From: Candidatus Hadarchaeum sp.
Lineage (GTDB): Archaea; Hadarchaeota; Hadarchaeia; Hadarchaeales; Hadarchaeaceae
Direction: 5' to 3'
Length of the DNA: 59,077 nt
Assembly (NCBI RefSeq): GCF_049969415.1
Contig: NZ_JBMFOX010000004.1
Location: forward strand, 1 to 59,077
A program made the position numbers and the translations under genes. Below are positions 54,032 to 59,077 of the stretch, in pieces (positions within the stretch are counted from its first letter, which is position 1; each line of letters starts with the position of its first letter). Under the pieces are notes generated by a model. It made no database searches. It had not been told where the DNA came from and worked only from the letters and a program-made list of their open reading frames with translations.

Positions 54032-54691
54032 GTGATTAAGATTAAAATTTGTGGATTTACCCGCGTGGTAGATGTGAAAGCCGCATGTGAGTTGGGCGTT
54101 GACATGGTAGGCGTCATTCTCATTCCGGAATCATCGCGTCATGTGGCGGTTGATCAAGCGAGGAAGATTTTTAGAGAAGTTGAGCCAAGTATTTCTAAAG
54201 TAGCGGTTTTCATGCCGCGTAGTTTGGGGGATGTGAAGGAAATCTGCAGAAAACTGAGGCCCGACTGCCTCCAGTTTCACCTTACCTTCCCGATAGAGGA
54301 GCTTCTTGAGAAGAGAGAAGAACTCGATGCTCAGATTATGATCGTTGTTCCGGTACCTCAGAAGGCTGATAACCCTGAGGGCATTATCAACAGAGTTCTA
54401 GAGGTTTCTGAAGCCGCCGATTTTCTATTGATTGATACGAAAGGAGAGACCGGAGGCGGCACCGGGCTAACTCACGATTGGAACTTGAGCGCTAGGATAA
54501 GAAGTGTTGTGGACAAGCCAGTTTTTCTTGCCGGAGGTCTCAACTCGAGGAATGTTGTGCAGGCGATAAAATTGGTTAGACCGCACGGCGTTGATGTAGC
54601 TTCGGGTGTGGAGTCGAGCCCGGGCAGAAAAGACCCAAAGCTGATGCGAGAGTTCGTGGAAGCGGTGAGAAACGCGAGACAATATCCATGA
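54032..54691 (+). CDS. trpF: Phosphoribosylanthranilate isomerase
   Basis: KICG, L.DT....GGTG..HDW, LAGGL...NV, DVASGVE..PG.KD. Confidence 0.93.
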   Translation: MIKIKICGFTRVVDVKAACELGVDMVGVILIPESSRHVAVDQARKIFREVEPSISKVAVFMPRSLGDVKEICRKLRPDCLQFHLTFPIEELLEKREELDAQIMIVVPVPQKADNPEGIINRVLEVSEAADFLLIDTKGETGGGTGLTHDWNLSARIRSVVDKPVFLAGGLNSRNVVQAIKLVRPHGVDVASGVESSPGRKDPKLMREFVEAVRNARQYP

Positions 54692-54718
54692 TTACCTATC
54701 TCGAAAATTCAGCATGTT

Positions 54719-55009
54719 TTAAAGCAATTTTTTAAGAGCTTCCTTTACCGACATGCCTTCTATAATTCCCAGAATTTTTGCTTGACTAGTTGACGCCGAG
54801 ATCTTTTTATTTAACATATCTTCAATGCCGTCAACGCCCCTTACAATTGCCGCTGCTTGGCCCAGTTTCTCCGCCGTTTCTAGGTTCAAATAACCACACA
54901 TTATATACCCCTTGGGAGCAATCAACGCTACCAGCGGAGCCTTGGGCAGTCCAGCCACCAGTCCACGAATTTTTTTGTTTTCCACAGCCAATTCCTTGAT
55001 TTCTATCAT
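54719..55009 (-). CDS. YunC/DUF1805-family protein
   Basis: G..MCGYLN...AEK....AA.V.GV, GM...EAL. Confidence 0.85.
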   Translation of the reverse strand: MIEIKELAVENKKIRGLVAGLPKAPLVALIAPKGYIMCGYLNLETAEKLGQAAAIVRGVDGIEDMLNKKISASTSQAKILGIIEGMSVKEALKKLL

Positions 55010-55074
55010 CAAATCAACCCATGATTTGTTCAAAACGTTTAAGCCCTTAAGCGTCATAAAAAACTTCTGGTACC

Positions 55075-56607
55075 ATGAAAAAACTGGCTCTCAAGGCTAA
55101 GCCGCTAGATATGGAAACCGGACGCAATATCGTGGTAATCCATGAGACAGATTCCCAGGAAATCGGCCATTTTCCCGGTGATAGGGTAAAACTGATTACA
55201 GAAAAAAAGACGATTGTAGCGATTGCGAATGAAACCACCAAGCTGGTTAAGCCCGGAGAGCTAGGCGCCTTTCGCGAGGTCACCGAGGCCTTGTCGCTGA
55301 AATCCGGAGATATCGTTAGTGTTGAAATTGCTCCGCGTCCCCAGTCGGTTGTGTCAATCAAAAAGAAGATGATGGGCGGAAAATTGAGCTACGATGAAAT
55401 CGGCACCATCATTCGTGACATCGTGGACGGCAATTTGAGCACAACCGAAATGACGGCGTTTGTTGTTTCTGAGTTTATTCGAGATATGGATTTGGATGAG
55501 ATAGTTGCGCTAACTCAGCACATGTTGGAAACAGGCGATAAGATTGAGTTTGATCGGGAGCATGTCATCGATGTTCACAGCATAGGCGGTGTTCCGGGAA
55601 ATAAATACGCCCTGATAACGGTTCCCATCGTGGCGGCAGCCGGAATAACAGTTCCTAAGACCAGCAGCAGGGCCATCACTAGCGCAGCCGGAACAGCCGA
55701 TGTCATGGAAGTATTGGCGAACGTGGCCCTGGGCATAGATGAAATAAAGAAAATAGCTACCAAGGTGGGCGGGGTTTTGGCGTGGGGCGGCGCCGTTAAC
55801 CTCGCTCCAGCCGATGATATAATAATCGCTACCGAGCGGCAGCTAGGCATCGATCCCAAATGCCAGCTGTTGGCCAGCGTTATGTCAAAAAAATTGGCCG
55901 AGGGAGTTGATAGCATTCTCATTGATATACCTACAGGTCCTGGAGCAAAAGTTGAAAGCGTTGACGAAGCGCGCAGCATTGCTCATGATTTTATTGAGCT
56001 AGGACACAAGCTGAAGGTTCAGGTGGAGGCGGCGATAACCTATGGCGGCCAGCCAGTAGGACATAATGTGGGGCCTGCCCTTGAGGCCAAGGAAGCGCTG
56101 GAGGCGCTGCTGGGCAAGGGTCCGGGCAGTCTGATTGAGAAATCGACCAGCCTTGCGGCGATCATGCTCGAACTAGGTGGCGTGGCCTCACCGGGTCTGG
56201 GTAAGGAAATGGCGATGGAGATTCTAAGATCAGGCAAAGCCTATCAAAAAATGCGTGAAATAATTGCTGCCCAAGGCGGCAACCCAGATATCAAGCCGGA
56301 GGATGTCCCTATTGGGGATAAAAAAGAGGTGATGGTGGCTCCCTATTCTGGCTACGTGACTCAGATATACAATCAAAACGTCAACGAGATAGCGCGCGCG
56401 GCCGGAGCTCCAAGGGACAAAGGCGCCGGCGTCGTGCTGTTGCGGAAGAAGGAGGGAAAGGTTGATAAGGGGGAACCGCTTTTTGAAATTTATGCAGAAC
56501 ATGAATCCAAGCTTGATGAAGCCTTGGAGGTCGCGAGGCGTAAATTCCCTCTCAAGATCGAGGGAATGTTGTTAGAAAAGATAACGCATCGGCCTAGGAT
56601 GGTGTGA
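55075..56607 (+). CDS. AMP phosphorylase (thymidine phosphorylase family)
   Basis: D.HSIGGVPGNK, KTSSRAITS.AGTAD, AR.AGAP.DKGAG; archaeal N-terminal extension. Confidence 0.93.
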   Translation: MKKLALKAKPLDMETGRNIVVIHETDSQEIGHFPGDRVKLITEKKTIVAIANETTKLVKPGELGAFREVTEALSLKSGDIVSVEIAPRPQSVVSIKKKMMGGKLSYDEIGTIIRDIVDGNLSTTEMTAFVVSEFIRDMDLDEIVALTQHMLETGDKIEFDREHVIDVHSIGGVPGNKYALITVPIVAAAGITVPKTSSRAITSAAGTADVMEVLANVALGIDEIKKIATKVGGVLAWGGAVNLAPADDIIIATERQLGIDPKCQLLASVMSKKLAEGVDSILIDIPTGPGAKVESVDEARSIAHDFIELGHKLKVQVEAAITYGGQPVGHNVGPALEAKEALEALLGKGPGSLIEKSTSLAAIMLELGGVASPGLGKEMAMEILRSGKAYQKMREIIAAQGGNPDIKPEDVPIGDKKEVMVAPYSGYVTQIYNQNVNEIARAAGAPRDKGAGVVLLRKKEGKVDKGEPLFEIYAEHESKLDEALEVARRKFPLKIEGMLLEKITHRPRMV

Positions 56608-56611
56608 TGGT

Positions 56612-57073
56612 ATGTGGGAAGTGCCTAAAGAAGCTGCGCTGGTTGCAGGCGACGCTGATGGTCCGTTTGAGCTAGTTGCGTTTGATAACGCGCTTAGAAA
56701 AGCTGGCATCGCGGAACTCAACCTAGTGCCGGTGTCCAGCATTTGGCCTATCGGATGCAAGATAGTCAAGTGGAGGAAGATGGAACCTGGAACAATTGTG
56801 CCGCTGGTAATTTCTAAGATATGCAGTTCAACGCCGGGGCAGAAGATAGCCGCAGCAGTGGGAATAGCAATCAGCGAGACATCTCACGGGATGGTTTCAG
56901 AGTACCATGACATCGGCATAACTCAAAAAATGGCGGCAAGGACGGCAGAGGACATGGTCAGGTACATGATGGAGAGAAGGGGACTTGAGCCGACGAAGAT
57001 CACTTCGGTTTCAGCGGGCCATGTTGTTGAGCAACACGGTGCCGCTTTGGCCGCCGTAGTGTTCATAAGATAA
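56612..57073 (+). CDS. pdaD: Pyruvoyl-dependent arginine decarboxylase
   Basis: AFD.AL..AGI...NLVPVSSI.P self-cleavage motif. Confidence 0.88.
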   Translation: MWEVPKEAALVAGDADGPFELVAFDNALRKAGIAELNLVPVSSIWPIGCKIVKWRKMEPGTIVPLVISKICSSTPGQKIAAAVGIAISETSHGMVSEYHDIGITQKMAARTAEDMVRYMMERRGLEPTKITSVSAGHVVEQHGAALAAVVFIR

Positions 57074-57075
57074 AT

Positions 57076-58719
57076 TTAATCTTCGCCGATTTCTTCTTCG
57101 CCCTCTTTGCTTGGTCCTTTAGGCGGAGAGATTTCTCGCTTTGAGGCGGCGATAACATCATCAATTCTCAGTATCATTATTGCGGCTTCGCTGGCCGATT
57201 TGATGGCTTGAGTTTTTGACCTGAGTGGTTCAAGCACCCCTTCTTTGTACAGGTCAACTACTTTACCCCTGTAAGCGTCGACTCCGAAGTGTTTGCCGTC
57301 TGGTTTTTCGTGTTTAGCCCGCAGTTCGACCAAGATGTCTATGCTATCGATTCCAGCGTTTTCGGCCAAGGTTCTAGGTATTGACTCGACAGCGTTGGCA
57401 AAGGCGTTGATGGCCAAGGCTTCTCTGCCGCCCACCGTTTCAGAGTACTCCCTTAGCTGTTTGGCCAGCTCGATTTCAGGTGCACCACCACCAACCACGT
57501 ATTTTCCATCTTCAATAGCGGCGCCAACGACGCAGAGGGCATCGTGCACGGCTCTTTCTACCTCATCTACAACGTGCTCCGTTCCACCCCTGATGAGCAG
57601 GCTAACGGCTTTGGGGTCCTTGCAACCTTCGACAAATGTCATCTTGTCGTCGCCGATTTTTCTTTCCTCCACCAAGCTAGCCTTGCCCAGATCATTTGCG
57701 GTGAGGTCATCCAAATTGGTAACCACTTTACCGCCGGTGGCACGGGCCAGCTTTTCCATGTCAGATTTCTTTGCCCGTCTCACCGCGTAAATCCCTGCTT
57801 TAGCGAGGTAGTGCTGGGCCAGATCATCTATGCCCTTCTGGCAGATGACCACGTTGGCCCCGGTGGAAACAATCTTGTCGACCATTCCCTTGAGTATCGA
57901 TTCCTCCTCGTTCATGAACGCCTTGAGCTGGTCCGGGCTGGTTATCCTGATTTCAGCATCGGTTTCGGTCTTCTCTATCTCGAGGGCGCAGTCGAGGAGA
58001 GCTATTTTTGCATTTTTAACCCTCTTCGGCATTCCCGGGTGAACCCGTTCCTTGTCTAGGATCACACCTTGGATTAGTTGAGAGTCATCGGTGCTTTCTC
58101 CAGGTTTTTTCTCCACGCCGATATAGTCGATATCGACAATGTAGCCACCGTCGGTCTTGTCAACTATTTGCTTCACTGCCTTGACGACCAGATCGGCTAG
58201 TTTTTCTCTAGATCCCTCAGCTTTTTTACCGCTCATCGCCGTCATGGCTATTTTCTTCAGAATTTCGTCATCGCTGATTTTTAGCGGTTCAGCGATGCTG
58301 TCCAAGATCTGTTGGGCTTTTTCTGCAGCAAGCCGGTAGCCGCCTGCAATAACGGTTGGATGAATTGACTGGTCTAAAAGACGTTCGGCTTCGTGTAACA
58401 GCTCCCCGGCGATGACGACAGCGGTGGTGGTTCCATCACCCACTTGTTCATCCTGCGTTTTTGCGACTTCCACCATCATCTTCGCTGCGGGGTGTTCCAC
58501 TTCCATTTCTTTCAGGATGGTGACGCCGTCGTTGGTTATTACGACGTCGCCCAAGCTGTCAACCAACATTTTATCCATACCGCGCGGTCCCAAGGTGGTT
58601 CTAACAGCTTCACCAATAACCCGGGCCGCGAGTATATTCATTCGCTGGGCATCACGCCCGATTAATCTTCGCGTACCTTCCGGCAACACAAGTACCGGCC
58701 TACCTCCAAGCGCGCTCAT
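57076..58719 (-). CDS. ths: Thermosome (group II chaperonin) subunit
   Basis: [31 protein letters not shown]. Confidence 0.97.
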   Translation of the reverse strand: MSALGGRPVLVLPEGTRRLIGRDAQRMNILAARVIGEAVRTTLGPRGMDKMLVDSLGDVVITNDGVTILKEMEVEHPAAKMMVEVAKTQDEQVGDGTTTAVVIAGELLHEAERLLDQSIHPTVIAGGYRLAAEKAQQILDSIAEPLKISDDEILKKIAMTAMSGKKAEGSREKLADLVVKAVKQIVDKTDGGYIVDIDYIGVEKKPGESTDDSQLIQGVILDKERVHPGMPKRVKNAKIALLDCALEIEKTETDAEIRITSPDQLKAFMNEEESILKGMVDKIVSTGANVVICQKGIDDLAQHYLAKAGIYAVRRAKKSDMEKLARATGGKVVTNLDDLTANDLGKASLVEERKIGDDKMTFVEGCKDPKAVSLLIRGGTEHVVDEVERAVHDALCVVGAAIEDGKYVVGGGAPEIELAKQLREYSETVGGREALAINAFANAVESIPRTLAENAGIDSIDILVELRAKHEKPDGKHFGVDAYRGKVVDLYKEGVLEPLRSKTQAIKSASEAAIMILRIDDVIAASKREISPPKGPSKEGEEEIGED

Positions 58720-58820
58720 AATATCGCCCTCCTATTTTTACCATCTTTTTCGGATTTAAGCTTTACTTTCAGTGTTTGATAAATAATCCTTTTAACACTT
58801 TTATAACTTACGTAGGATGT

Positions 58821-59077
58821 GGTGTGTTGCATTAAATTTTTAAAATTGTCCTGAGAGCGATATTTTGGCTGCCGGGGGCTGGACCGATGAGGTGGTGGTG
58901 AAAAAAACCACCGAGGTGTGTTAGGATGTCAAAGGTTGAGAGGGATTGGAAAACCTACAACGAACAGCTCGTCAGGCGCGGCGAGCTGCTCCTCGACCTG
59001 GACTTCGTCGAGAACTGGGAGAAAGAGCTGGAGGAGATGAACCGGGGCAAGCGCGGCAAGCCCTTTGCCTATCCGGA
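58821..59077 (+). mobile_element. IS5-family (IS903-like group) element, left end; runs off the window
   Basis: Probable left inverted repeat GGTGTGTTGCATTAAAT near 58821, upstream of the transposase ORF. Confidence 0.7.
58926..59077 (+). CDS. IS5-family transposase, N-terminal part (not in ORF track)
   Basis: MSKVERDWKTYNEQLVRRGELLLDLDF...MNRGKRGKPFAYP, matching the W..YN..L..RG motif. Confidence 0.85.
   Translation, partial: MSKVERDWKTYNEQLVRRGELLLDLDFVENWEKELEEMNRGKRGKPFAYP

Overview
Core chromosomal segment of an archaeon. The gene set and order are euryarchaeal-type: unsplit RpoB, split RpoA'/A'', L14e and L34e present, M. jannaschii-type CimA and GGAGGTG Shine-Dalgarno (SD) sites. A Hadarchaeota/Thermococci-like lineage is my inference only. 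Most of the window (about 13.7-49.3 kb) is the translation/transcription superoperon: archease-rtcB-SPOUT, the S10/spc ribosomal cluster with secY, DUF106-L34e-cmk-L14e-cbf5, S13-S4-S11 and rpoH-B-A'-A''-L30e-nusA-S12-S7-tuf-S10. It is interrupted by a transaldolase/split transketolase/epimerase cassette. There are three tRNAs: Ser-TGA, intron-containing Ser-GGA and Lys-TTT. The flanks carry housekeeping genes (PiT/DUF47, nob1, NAD kinase, aIF5A, a short histone, panB, top6AB, dim2, rio1, aIF1A, cimA/leuA, trpF, AMP phosphorylase, pdaD, thermosome), and an IS5-family element starts at the right edge. A decayed defence islet at about 5.0-8.5 kb holds a transposase tail fused to a doubly deleted hsdR, a YgjP/M48 gene, a Cas2/VapD-like ORF, three exact 31-bp hairpin tandem repeats and a frameshifted nucleotidyltransferase. 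Most notable: (1) the aIF1/SUI1 gene apparently starts at CTG, shadowed by an out-of-frame ATG mini-ORF, which suggests start-codon-fidelity autoregulation; (2) SecY has a triple DxNGNG Ca2+-binding-like insertion just before the plug, next to a DUF106 insertase with an extra signal-peptide-led domain; (3) the Cas2-like gene sits beside a spacerless palindromic repeat; (4) several small genes are missing from the ORF track. All protein calls come from motif recognition by eye; no searches were run.
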